DNA of 32,000 bases from Acaryochloris marina MBIC11017 (GCF_000018105.1 NC_009925.1:1350001-1382000); one strand, 5' to 3'; positions 15,207 through 23,674 are shown, counted from the stretch's first letter. Notes: generated by a model not told the origin, from the letters alone. Made by a program: numbers and translations.

Positions 15207-16943
15207 TTAATAATAGGTTCCCACTTGACGGTGGTGAACGGCAGTCAGACTATCGGGCTTCGAGACTTTACCAACGGTTACTTCGCTATAGACCAGCCAG
15301 TGGTCACTGCATTCCATCCGGCTCACTACTTTGCATTCCATATAAGAGAGGGCATCGGCCAAGATAGGAGATCCATTCTCAGCAGTCCGCGTTTTGACCC
15401 CTGCAAATCGGTCAGCTCCAGGTGGGAACCGCTTCAGGAAACGACTCATCAGGCTGGCATAATTGTCCGCTTCTAAGACATTCAACACAAAGGTATCGCC
15501 CACCTGCATTAGCGATTCAATGGCACGATCTTTCGCCACAGCTACCGTAAATCCTAGGGGTTCGAAACTAGCTTGGGCAACCCAGGAAGCCAGCATCGCA
15601 CCGTTTAAATCGCCTTTATGAGCCGTGAGAATATATAGTCCACTGCTAAGACGGCCTAGGGCTTTCTCTAAATCACCGTCAATTTCTTTGATCTTCTTGA
15701 TGTTTTCTTTCAGGGTCAATTTCTGACCCAGGTCTGTTCCTGATTCTTCGCAAGCTTGGTAGATGGCTTCTGTGGGAGTATCTTTCACCCGAATCGCCGC
15801 AAAAGCTTCCTTTAAGCCCGTGTCTTTAAACCGAGTTAACAAAGGATCAATGGGTTGATCGTCACCGCCGTAGGACTCGAAGACACCAAAAATTTGCTTA
15901 CTCTTAGCCGCAGCCAGCATCTGGCTAATAGCGGTTTGGGCAGCAGTCGCATACCGGCCTGAGGCAGGAGGTGTCGTCACCACAAAGGCAGAAACGTAGT
16001 TGATCAGTTCCTGAACTTCTTGCACATCGGCAACTTTCAGGTCCATCATCTCTACGGCGACCCCAGTCTTGGAGATGCCCCGGGCAATGGCTTGGGAGAG
16101 GCGATCGCTGTAGCCGTAATCAGACAGATAAAAGACTGCAGCCGTTTGCTCAGCCTTAGCTTTGGCCTTACTCCAAGTGCGATAGCGTTCCGTCAGCTCT
16201 TGAACATTGTGTCGGAGCAGAGGACCATGCCCCGTGGCAATGGTATTAATGCCCTCTAGCTTATCCATCCGCTTCATCGCCCCTAGAACGGAGCGAGCAT
16301 TTGGCCCCATCAGACATTCATAGTAAAACCTATAGTCAGGAGAGAGGGCTTCTAAGTCTTTATCAAAGGTATCGTCGGTGCAGAAGTGAGAGCCAAAGGC
16401 GTCACAGGTATAGAGAATTTGGGTTTTGTGGTCGTAAGTGAAGATGGTATCGGGCCAGTGCAAATTAGGGGCGTTGAGGAATTCCAACACATGACCTTGG
16501 CCCAGGTTAATTTGGTCACCATTTTTGGCAATCTGGCTGTTGAAAGACTGGTGAACCAGGTTTTCTAAAAAGCTAATGGCAATTTTGGCCCCGACAACGG
16601 TGATATTAGGAGCAAGGGCTAAGACATCCTTAACTAGGCCGCTATGGTCAGGCTCGGTATGGCTAATAATCAAGTAGTCAATCTCAGCGGGGTCGATTTC
16701 GCCGTGGAGCAAGCTGAGATAGAGATCGTGGAATTTTTCATGGGAGGTGTCAATTAGGGCGACTTTATCGCCTCTAACTAGGTAGGAGTTGTAGGTAGTG
16801 CCGTTTTGTAACCCAAACTCGATATCAAAGCGATCACGATCCCAGTCCAAGGAGCGCATCACGGTGGTATCATCCCCAATTTCCAGGGTCTGAGTGGTTA
16901 GTCGGTTTTCGGATTGTATGTTGCGATCGCCCAGTGCTACCAT
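15207..16943 (-). CDS. flv3: Class C flavodiiron protein, FlvB-cluster (Flv3/Flv4-type, canonical diiron ligands) with C-terminal flavin reductase domain
   Basis: 578-aa ORF. Canonical ISHTEPDHSG (HxExDH) motif, flavodoxin-like AVFYLSDYGYSD, and a flavin-reductase C-terminus highly similar to that of the downstream paralogue. Confidence 0.78.
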   Translation of the reverse strand: MVALGDRNIQSENRLTTQTLEIGDDTTVMRSLDWDRDRFDIEFGLQNGTTYNSYLVRGDKVALIDTSHEKFHDLYLSLLHGEIDPAEIDYLIISHTEPDHSGLVKDVLALAPNITVVGAKIAISFLENLVHQSFNSQIAKNGDQINLGQGHVLEFLNAPNLHWPDTIFTYDHKTQILYTCDAFGSHFCTDDTFDKDLEALSPDYRFYYECLMGPNARSVLGAMKRMDKLEGINTIATGHGPLLRHNVQELTERYRTWSKAKAKAEQTAAVFYLSDYGYSDRLSQAIARGISKTGVAVEMMDLKVADVQEVQELINYVSAFVVTTPPASGRYATAAQTAISQMLAAAKSKQIFGVFESYGGDDQPIDPLLTRFKDTGLKEAFAAIRVKDTPTEAIYQACEESGTDLGQKLTLKENIKKIKEIDGDLEKALGRLSSGLYILTAHKGDLNGAMLASWVAQASFEPLGFTVAVAKDRAIESLMQVGDTFVLNVLEADNYASLMSRFLKRFPPGADRFAGVKTRTAENGSPILADALSYMECKVVSRMECSDHWLVYSEVTVGKVSKPDSLTAVHHRQVGTYY

Positions 16944-17053
16944 CAGCCACCTCCTATGCTATTGCAGATTGTTAAGATATATTGCAATTCTAGCGTAACA
17001 TCCCCCTAGGCTTTGATTAGAACTTGTGATGAATGGCATAGAGTTTTCCTGTT

Positions 17054-17971
17054 TCAAGCCATGCCTGTCACTTTCCCTGCAAACTCAGATTGAATTTCCC
17101 GTAGGGTTTGACGCAATGCTCCAGCATGGATCCAGCCCACAAAACCACTGTATAGGCACTGGCCTTGAGGGCAGGCGAGGAAGACATGATCCACTCGGGC
17201 AGGATTCTTCCATAACCGTAGGGTTAAGCCAGAATCAAAGCTCAGGGCTACTTTGGCCTTCTCAAAATCCCGTCGGTGGGCATCCGTCATCCCAGGGACA
17301 GCCTGTAACCGTTGAATAATCTCTAGCTCAGGGGAAGGCTGGACTGCAAGGGGTTGACGAGGCGATTGCCAAAACTCTCGTATGGCTTGATCTATCGCTT
17401 CGTCATGTCGCTGAGCACTATGGACAATATTAGGCAAGACGACGTGGTGAGCATAATCAAATTGGGTGGCTCCCAGCATGATTAAGCCATCGCTACCGCC
17501 ATCGGTATTGCTGGCAATGGAAAGGGTCGGGACTTGGGCTGCGATCGCACTGGCAATACTTCGTCGATTCTTGCCTAAATCTCGGGCAATCCCTAGCCCT
17601 ACTTCTAAGGGATCCATCATTCGGCAGACATCCGAACCGCCCACGGGAGACCCGACTAAAACAAACGACTCTACCCGAGGCCACCATTCTGGATGGCGAT
17701 AAAGGACTTCTAACCAAATCAAGCCCCCCATGGAATGTCCCACAACACGCATGGGGAGTTGAGGATGCTCTGAGATCGTTTGAGTCGCGATCGTCTCTAC
17801 ATCTTGAACCAGGGGTTCAAGCCGCAGCCAAGTCCGCCACCAGCCCAAATTAGGGGCAATGATTTTAGTATTGGCTGGGGCAACCCTTCTCCCCAAGCGA
17901 GCCATGGCTCCATTGGTATCAGCCCAGCCATGCTGGACAAATAGCAAGCGTTCCGGAATTGAAGACGTCAT
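17054..17971 (-). CDS. Alpha/beta-fold hydrolase (esterase/lipase-type) with uncharacterised C-terminal ~110-aa extension
   Basis: The ORF track starts at 18073. The in-frame ATG at 17971 gives MTSSIPERLLFVQHGWAD. The nucleophile elbow is VVGHSMGG. The C-terminal part (PELEIIQRLQAVPGMTDAHRRDF...CPQGQCLYSGFVGWIHAG) matches no family I recognise. Confidence 0.7.
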   Translation of the reverse strand: MTSSIPERLLFVQHGWADTNGAMARLGRRVAPANTKIIAPNLGWWRTWLRLEPLVQDVETIATQTISEHPQLPMRVVGHSMGGLIWLEVLYRHPEWWPRVESFVLVGSPVGGSDVCRMMDPLEVGLGIARDLGKNRRSIASAIAAQVPTLSIASNTDGGSDGLIMLGATQFDYAHHVVLPNIVHSAQRHDEAIDQAIREFWQSPRQPLAVQPSPELEIIQRLQAVPGMTDAHRRDFEKAKVALSFDSGLTLRLWKNPARVDHVFLACPQGQCLYSGFVGWIHAGALRQTLREIQSEFAGKVTGMA

Positions 17972-18120
17972 AGACTTGAGGGAAAGACAAATAACGAAAT
18001 TATTTTGGACCAAGATCTGTTCCAATCTCACCTTAATCCGATTTTTCTCAACCTCACCTGGACGAATATCCACTTTTGAGACTGGCTATCAACGTCTGGC
18101 AGAATAGGTCGTAGTCTTCG

Positions 18121-18993
18121 ATGGATAGAATGACGGATCTACTGCTATCGACAGCACGCCTGCCTCTGGGCAATAAACGGATTGTCATTACGGCTCCTCG
18201 ACCCTATGCCGGACGTCTAGCGACGGCAATCATCCAGCAAGGGGGGTTGCCCATCGTCATGCCCACGATAGAGACCTATGCATTAGACCCTGCTCCCGAT
18301 TTGGATCACGCCTTGCAACAGCTCAGGGATTTTTCGTGGGTTGCTTTCACCAGTCGCACAGGTATTCAAGCCGTTATGCTGCGGTTACAACAGCTCGATA
18401 TCCCCTTATTTCTTCTCAATCAATGCCATATTTGCGCCATCGGCCAAGATGCAGACCAACTGCAAACGTTAGGCGTTCGTGTTGATCTAATTCCCAAGGA
18501 ATCGAGTCCTGCGGGCCTTGTGGCAGAGCTGGCACAAATCCCTGACATAGACACCCGGCGAATTTTTGTACCGATTCCCCAGGTGGAGCGGATACCGGAG
18601 CCAGATATCGTGCCCAAATTCCTTGCCGATCTGGAGCAATTGGGATTAACCGTTGTATCAGTGCCCGCTTATGTCACACGTCGGCTGGAGGCCACGGCCT
18701 ATGCCGTCGAGGTGGAACAGATTCGCCAGGGTAAGGTGGATGCGATCGCATTTAGCAGTACCGCTGAAATCTCGGCCTTGCTGCAGATGGTGGATGCCGA
18801 AACCCTAATGAAGCATTGTGTGATCGCCTGTTTTGGTCCCTATACCGCTGGGAACGCAAAAGACTTAGGGCTATCCGTTGATATCGTGTCCCAGGACTTT
18901 AGTTCATTTACAGGCTTTACCGCAGCCATCGCTCAATTTTTCCACCCAGCTTCCGCAGATATCCCTAGGCAGGACCCCGTAATTTTGCCGTAA
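18121..18993 (+). CDS. hemD: Uroporphyrinogen-III synthase
   Basis: 290-aa ORF with the two-lobed HemD pattern: KRIVITAPRP...GGLPIVMPTIE, WVAFTSRTGI, ICAIGQDADQL, VDAIAFSSTAE, IACFGPYTAGNAKDLG. Confidence 0.75.
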   Translation: MDRMTDLLLSTARLPLGNKRIVITAPRPYAGRLATAIIQQGGLPIVMPTIETYALDPAPDLDHALQQLRDFSWVAFTSRTGIQAVMLRLQQLDIPLFLLNQCHICAIGQDADQLQTLGVRVDLIPKESSPAGLVAELAQIPDIDTRRIFVPIPQVERIPEPDIVPKFLADLEQLGLTVVSVPAYVTRRLEATAYAVEVEQIRQGKVDAIAFSSTAEISALLQMVDAETLMKHCVIACFGPYTAGNAKDLGLSVDIVSQDFSSFTGFTAAIAQFFHPASADIPRQDPVILP

Positions 18994-19066
18994 ACTGTAA
19001 ATACGTAAATACGCCCCTGGCCAATCTTCTGTGAGCAAGGCCAGTACCTGGAGTTTTTGAGACACC

Positions 19067-20134
19067 ATGTATCAGACCGCCGACCTGCATGTCGTTGAAA
19101 CCCGTCCCTTGATTAGTCCTGCTTTGCTCCATCATGAAGTGCCGTTGACAGATACAGCGGCTGCCCTCGTCGCAGAGACCCGCGATCGCATCCGCAATAT
19201 TCTGCGTAACGAAGATCAGCGCCTCTTAGTCATTGTTGGTCCTTGTTCAGTTCATGATGTCGATGCCGCCTTGGAATATGGCAAAAAGCTAGCGGGTCTA
19301 CGAGAGCAGCTCTCTGATCAGCTCGAAATCGTTATGCGAGTGTATTTTGAAAAACCTCGGACCAGCATTGGCTGGAAAGGGCTGATTAACGATCCGCACC
19401 TAGATGGCAGCTATGACATCAACACCGGCTTGCGCTTAGCCCGTCAACTTCTGCTGGACTTAGCCAACCTGGGTTTACCCGCCGCCACCGAACTACTCGA
19501 TCCGATCACACCTCAATATATTGCCGACTTAATTACCTGGACCGCTATTGGCGCTCGCACCACAGAAAGCCAAACCCACCGAGAAATGGCTTCGGGTCTA
19601 TCCATGCCCATTGGTTTCAAAAATAACACCGACGGGAGTTTGCAAGCCGCCAGCAATGCCATGCTAGCAGCGAACCAACCCCATCGTTTTCTAGGCATCA
19701 ACCACCATGGTCTCGCCAGTATTGTCAAAACCACAGGCAACCCTGACACTCATTTGGTCCTTCGAGGCGGCAAACAAGGCCCCAACTATGCCGCTGAGAA
19801 TGTGGAACAGGCCACCAAAGAACTTGCCAAACACAATCTGAATCCCAGAGTCATGGTGGACTGTAGCCATGCCAACGCCAACAAAGACCATAACCGGCAA
19901 GTCGAGGTCCTAGAAAACGTTGCACGACAACTTGACAATGGCTCCCAACGGCTGTTAGGGGTAATGATTGAAAGTCATTTAGTGGCTGGGAACCAACCCA
20001 TTTCAGAAGATTTGAGCCAGCTAACCTATGGACAAAGCATCACGGATGCCTGTGTCAACTTCGAAACAACCACCAAAATGCTAACCACCTTGGCAGCATC
20101 GGTTCGCGGCGCTGACACAGTCTCAGTGAGCTAA
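19067..20134 (+). CDS. aroG: 3-deoxy-7-phosphoheptulonate (DAHP) synthase, class I
   Basis: 355-aa ORF with LLVIVGPCSVHD, RVYFEKPRTSIGWKGLINDP, AIGARTTESQTHREMASGLSMPIGFKN and MVDCSHANA. The isoenzyme (G/F/H) cannot be assigned from sequence alone. Confidence 0.9.
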   Translation: MYQTADLHVVETRPLISPALLHHEVPLTDTAAALVAETRDRIRNILRNEDQRLLVIVGPCSVHDVDAALEYGKKLAGLREQLSDQLEIVMRVYFEKPRTSIGWKGLINDPHLDGSYDINTGLRLARQLLLDLANLGLPAATELLDPITPQYIADLITWTAIGARTTESQTHREMASGLSMPIGFKNNTDGSLQAASNAMLAANQPHRFLGINHHGLASIVKTTGNPDTHLVLRGGKQGPNYAAENVEQATKELAKHNLNPRVMVDCSHANANKDHNRQVEVLENVARQLDNGSQRLLGVMIESHLVAGNQPISEDLSQLTYGQSITDACVNFETTTKMLTTLAASVRGADTVSVS

Positions 20135-20148
20135 AGACCCACATCTTC

Positions 20149-20979
20149 TTAAGGTGTCAAAAGTTTCTTCTTTTGCTCAGCGGTCAAAATAGACAGGATA
20201 CGCTGTTGGGCTAGGGACTCAACTTCTTGTAACTGGGATTTTTGATTACCTGTGAGATTGAGCTGTTGCAGTGCAGCAGATTGGGAAAGATTTGCCGATT
20301 GCAGAGTTTGTAATTGCTTTTGTTGATCTGGGCTAAGAATAGTTTGGATTTGGGCTTGGGCTAAGGCCTGAACCTGCTGCACTTGTGCCTGTTGCTCCGT
20401 CGTCAGATTCAATGCCGCTAAAGCTGAAGGCGGTGAAGAGGGCGGCGTCGTGGGGGCCGTTCCCGTTGGCGAGGGAGAAGGGGCAGGTGCAGTTGCCGGA
20501 GAAGGCAAGGGTCCCTTTTGCAGCTGTTTTTTCTGTTCCGCATTCAAAATAGAAAGCAGTCGCTGCTGAGCAATGGCTTCAATCTCTTTTAGCTGGGTGA
20601 TTTGGTCTGGGGCTAGGTTGAGCTTCGCTAAGGCTGCCCCTTTGGAGGCCCCTGAAGATTGTAGAGACTGCAGTTCAGACCATTGGTCAGGCGTCAAGAC
20701 ATTTTTAACCTGGGCTTGAATTAAAGCATCAATTCTTCGGATCTGGGCCTCTTGAGCAGCACTGAGATTCAACGAGGAGAGAGGATTCGCTGGAGGTGCT
20801 TGGGCAATCAGTGGAGGTTGCGAACGAACAACTACGCTAGGTGAAGTACTCGCGAGTTGTTTCGGGGGGACCTGCAGTTGTCCTGGCAAACTCAAAGGTT
20901 TTCGAGCTTGAGCGCCAGGCTGAGTGAGGGCGAATGCGATCGCACCCACGACAACAGAAATCAGTTTGGGTTTGATCAT
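20149..20979 (-). CDS. Secreted LTXXQ-repeat (Spy/CpxP-like) protein with an internal two-fold duplication
   Basis: The ORF track starts at 21039. ATG 20979 gives the signal peptide MIKPKLISVVVGAIAFALTQPGAQA. There are four LN-L-[ST/A]-x-x-Q units (LNLSAAQ, LNLAPDQ, LNLTTEQ, LNLTGNQ). They form two ~88-aa modules joined by a Pro/Ser/Thr/Ala-rich linker. Confidence 0.6.
   Translation of the reverse strand: MIKPKLISVVVGAIAFALTQPGAQARKPLSLPGQLQVPPKQLASTSPSVVVRSQPPLIAQAPPANPLSSLNLSAAQEAQIRRIDALIQAQVKNVLTPDQWSELQSLQSSGASKGAALAKLNLAPDQITQLKEIEAIAQQRLLSILNAEQKKQLQKGPLPSPATAPAPSPSPTGTAPTTPPSSPPSALAALNLTTEQQAQVQQVQALAQAQIQTILSPDQQKQLQTLQSANLSQSAALQQLNLTGNQKSQLQEVESLAQQRILSILTAEQKKKLLTP
20158..20781 (-). 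repeat. Intragenic duplication: module 1 (20518-20781) and module 2 (20158-20421) separated by a Pro-rich linker (20422-20517)
   Basis: By-eye alignment of aa 87-174 against aa 207-294 of the ORF-track protein shows roughly half of the positions identical, with the same spacing (…AQAQ.....L.PDQ...LQ.LQS......AAL..LNL...Q..QL.E.E..AQQR.LSIL.AEQKK.L). Confidence 0.7.
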
Positions 20980-21134
20980 GATTAAAAGCGTCAAGAATTC
21001 GTCAATCGGTCTACTCTCTGAGGGCTGCACAGATAACAAGTTGTTAACCTAGGCCGAGAATCAGAGGAGGAGGGTCTACAAAGAAAGAAGAAAAATAAGC
21101 CTCTTTTGTTTCACAGCATAGGACATCTTTCCCC

Positions 21135-21521
21135 ATGCAGGATGAGCAGGTTATTCTTGACGCCAACGCCGCTTTTTATCGCGCTTTTGAGAAAAAAGAT
21201 CTAGTAGCCATGCAAAAAGTATGGTCCCACGGCATTGCTAGTATCTGTGTTCACCCTGGTCGAGGGGAGTTGAAAGGGTGGGACGCCATTGAGTCATCCT
21301 GGCAGAAAATCTTTAAAAATACCGCCTATCTAGAAATTGACACCAAAATCATTACGGTCAACCGCAGCGGGGATTTAGCTTATGTTGTGCTGATCGAAAA
21401 GGTGTTGCAGGTGGCTCAACGCCGCCAACAGAAAGCTGAATCCATGGCCACTAACATCTTCGAGCGCATGGGCCAAGACTGGTATTTAGTCCATCATCAT
21501 GGAAGTCCAATTGTCAGCTAA
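21135..21521 (+). CDS. SnoaL-like / NTF2-family (DUF4440-like) small protein
   Basis: 128-aa ORF. The pattern ILDANAAFYRAFEKKDLVAMQKVWSH...CVHPG...GWDAIESSWQKIF...W.LVHHHGSP is typical of NTF2-fold DUF4440/SnoaL-like proteins. Confidence 0.6.
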   Translation: MQDEQVILDANAAFYRAFEKKDLVAMQKVWSHGIASICVHPGRGELKGWDAIESSWQKIFKNTAYLEIDTKIITVNRSGDLAYVVLIEKVLQVAQRRQQKAESMATNIFERMGQDWYLVHHHGSPIVS

Positions 21522-21642
21522 ACAGCAATATCTGTGCCCTACCCCAGATTGGATAAAGAGGTCATCCGTACCATTGCCTCTCTAGTTTTCTGACCACCCT
21601 ATTGAGAGGTACTGCAGCACGCTAAGCCTTAAAAGCCACCGT

Positions 21643-21665
21643 TGCACTACTGATAGTGCATTTTT
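21643..21665 (+). terminator. Candidate intrinsic terminator (tgcact-actgat-agtgca + ttttt)
   Basis: 6-bp stem (21643-21648 / 21655-21660), 6-nt loop and a T5 run (21661-21665), ~120 nt downstream of the SnoaL-like stop. The stem is short and AT-rich, so support is weak. Confidence 0.35.
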
Positions 21666-21977
21666 GTCCTTCGGATCCCTTACCATTTCTCAGCACAAAG
21701 GTTGATGGAATGATCTCGCACGTCAAAGTTTGAGATGAAGTCGCTCCTGTCTATTCTGAATATCTGGCATGTCTATACAAGCCAGATATCCATGCCACCG
21801 TACGCATAGTGTTTTGTAGGTCGCTAAGTGATACGGATCAATCATCGTATTTCCCAAACAGCTTAAACTTCAATCGATGAGATAAGAGACAGGCTGACAA
21901 CTCGTCAAGTTGCTCATTCACTTTTCATTCACCCGCTTACTGGCCTGTCATTGAAGTCAAACTAGCATCAATTATTC

Positions 21978-22958
21978 ATGAAACTATCGCCTACGCCGTT
22001 GCTTCGTTGGCCCTCTAGAACAATACTGATTGTGCTGACAATGGTAGCTGCAAGTCCTTTCGTTTATTTTGGAGTCCAACATTTAGCCTCCCAAGAAGGG
22101 GGCAATCAGCCACAGACGGTCGAAAACAAGCAAGAACAACAAGGACGCTCTACACCTGGGTATATTGAGGCGCAGCGTCGAATCCAACAGGCCATTGATA
22201 CGCAAGCAACAGACCTGAACCTTACCAATTTATCTTTGACCCAAGTTCCCCCTGAAATCGGGCAGCTTTCCCAACTTCAATCCTTGGATTTGAGCGGGAA
22301 TCAGCTTCGTCAACTCACGCCAGAAATTGGTCAACTCACCCAACTTCAAGATCTCTTTCTCACACAGAATCAACTGGAGAGTTTGCCCCCAGAAATTGGT
22401 CAACTCTCCAATTTAGAATGGCTACAAGCCGATGGTAATCAGCTAAGTCGGTTGCCCAAAGAAATTGGTCAGCTCTCAAACCTAGAGATGCTGTGGTTGA
22501 GGAGGAATAAATTAACCCATTTACCCGCCGAAATCGGCCAACTCTCTGCACTTGCAGATTTGGAGATTATGGATAACCAGTTGCAAACCTTGCCCTCTGA
22601 GCTGGGTCGCTTAACTCAACTACAATCGCTCAAGGTTCAAAATAATGCGTTATCCAGTCTACCTGCCACGATCGTGCAGCTCAGTAGCTTAAAACTGCTC
22701 GATCTCGACAATAATCAATTCAAGGCTTTACCCTCTCAGGTGGGACTGTTGAATAATCTGGAGACGCTAGACCTTAGCGATAACCAACTGAAGGAGTTGC
22801 CATCAGAATTAGGCCAGCTCAAAAAATTACAATTGCTTGTGGTGCGTGACAACCAACTGCATCGCTTGCCTCCAGAAATGACAAAATTGCCAAAACTACG
22901 GATGTTCCTATCAGGCAATCCCCTACCTCGTGAAATTCTGGAACAGCATAGTTTCTAA
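21978..22958 (+). CDS. Leucine-rich-repeat protein with N-terminal membrane anchor/signal sequence
   Basis: 326-aa ORF with an N-terminal hydrophobic segment (TILIVLTMVAASPFVYFGV). About ten consecutive 23-aa LRRs follow, of the form LxLxxNQLxxLPxEIGQLxxLxx. Confidence 0.85.
   Translation: MKLSPTPLLRWPSRTILIVLTMVAASPFVYFGVQHLASQEGGNQPQTVENKQEQQGRSTPGYIEAQRRIQQAIDTQATDLNLTNLSLTQVPPEIGQLSQLQSLDLSGNQLRQLTPEIGQLTQLQDLFLTQNQLESLPPEIGQLSNLEWLQADGNQLSRLPKEIGQLSNLEMLWLRRNKLTHLPAEIGQLSALADLEIMDNQLQTLPSELGRLTQLQSLKVQNNALSSLPATIVQLSSLKLLDLDNNQFKALPSQVGLLNNLETLDLSDNQLKELPSELGQLKKLQLLVVRDNQLHRLPPEMTKLPKLRMFLSGNPLPREILEQHSF
22215..22920 (+). repeat. 69-bp periodic coding repeats (LRR array)
   Basis: At the DNA level, gaaattggtca(a/g)ctc recurs at exactly 69-nt spacing, starting at 22323, 22392 and 22461. 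The protein periodicity is 23 aa. Confidence 0.85.
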
Positions 22959-23008
22959 CAGTAGGTACCGACTAATAATTCAGCAACTGTGGCCCATCAA
23001 ATTCAGAG

Positions 23009-23632
23009 CTACCGTCGCTTTTTCTTCTTGAGCTTTTTGAGAAATTCAGGATCTTCTCGCATGGTCCGAGAGACGGTACGAAAGGCATGCTCAACTTGGG
23101 GGAGGGGCAAGTAAGTATCGGCTTCTAGAGCTAACATCACCTTACTGCCATCACTTAAAGGCACCAGATAAATTTCTACGATGTTGTAGCCTCGACTGGT
23201 GCGCTTATACTGCAGCTCTCCAGACAATGTTTGTCCCAGGAAACGACGTTGATGATATTCTCGCGCTGGGGCATTTATCCCCAAATAGGTTGTTTTGAGA
23301 TATCCCAACAACTCTTCATCTTCCATATCCAGCAGTTCTAGCCAGTCTGCAGCTAAAGCGGCCATACGGATTTTGAGTTTGCGGTTTCCCTTTTGTGCCA
23401 CGACGCCGATGGTATCGTTGCCTAGGGATTTGACTTCGGAAAATCCCCGAGGGGTTTCAAAGATCAGGCCATGGGCAAAATGGGTTAGACGTTTGGGTTG
23501 CGCCTTAGCCTGGGTATTAGCGGTGGGAGCTTCCTTTGCAACACTAGGGAGGGGAAGCAGAGTGGGCGTTAGGGCGATCAGACCCGCGATCGCAGTCGGT
23601 AACATCCGAAATTGAGTCATAGTATCAACCAA
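23009..23632 (-). CDS. Hypothetical secreted protein with a Lys/Arg-rich C-terminal tail
   Basis: 207-aa ORF (alternative ATG at 23620). Signal-peptide-like MLPTAIAGLIALTPTLLPLPSVA. The C-terminus ends KKLKKKKRR. I recognise no family. Confidence 0.5.
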   Translation of the reverse strand: MVDTMTQFRMLPTAIAGLIALTPTLLPLPSVAKEAPTANTQAKAQPKRLTHFAHGLIFETPRGFSEVKSLGNDTIGVVAQKGNRKLKIRMAALAADWLELLDMEDEELLGYLKTTYLGINAPAREYHQRRFLGQTLSGELQYKRTSRGYNIVEIYLVPLSDGSKVMLALEADTYLPLPQVEHAFRTVSRTMREDPEFLKKLKKKKRR

Positions 23633-23674
23633 AAACTAAGGAATCAGGACAGTTCTGAACGTCTAGTAAAAAAA

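Noticed and set aside
18997-19012. Tandem gtaaatac-gtaaatac after hemD, plus the overlapping small hairpins at 19017-19051
   Set aside because: They are too short to distinguish from chance. The T-run at 19054-19058 sits only 9 nt before the DAHP synthase ATG, so a terminator call is not justified.
21735-21809. 24-codon ORF (MKSLLSILNIWHVYTSQISMPPYA) in the LRR upstream region
   Set aside because: There is no convincing ribosome-binding site, and it overlaps the 21760-21789 hairpin. Coding cannot be supported without conservation or ribosome profiling data.
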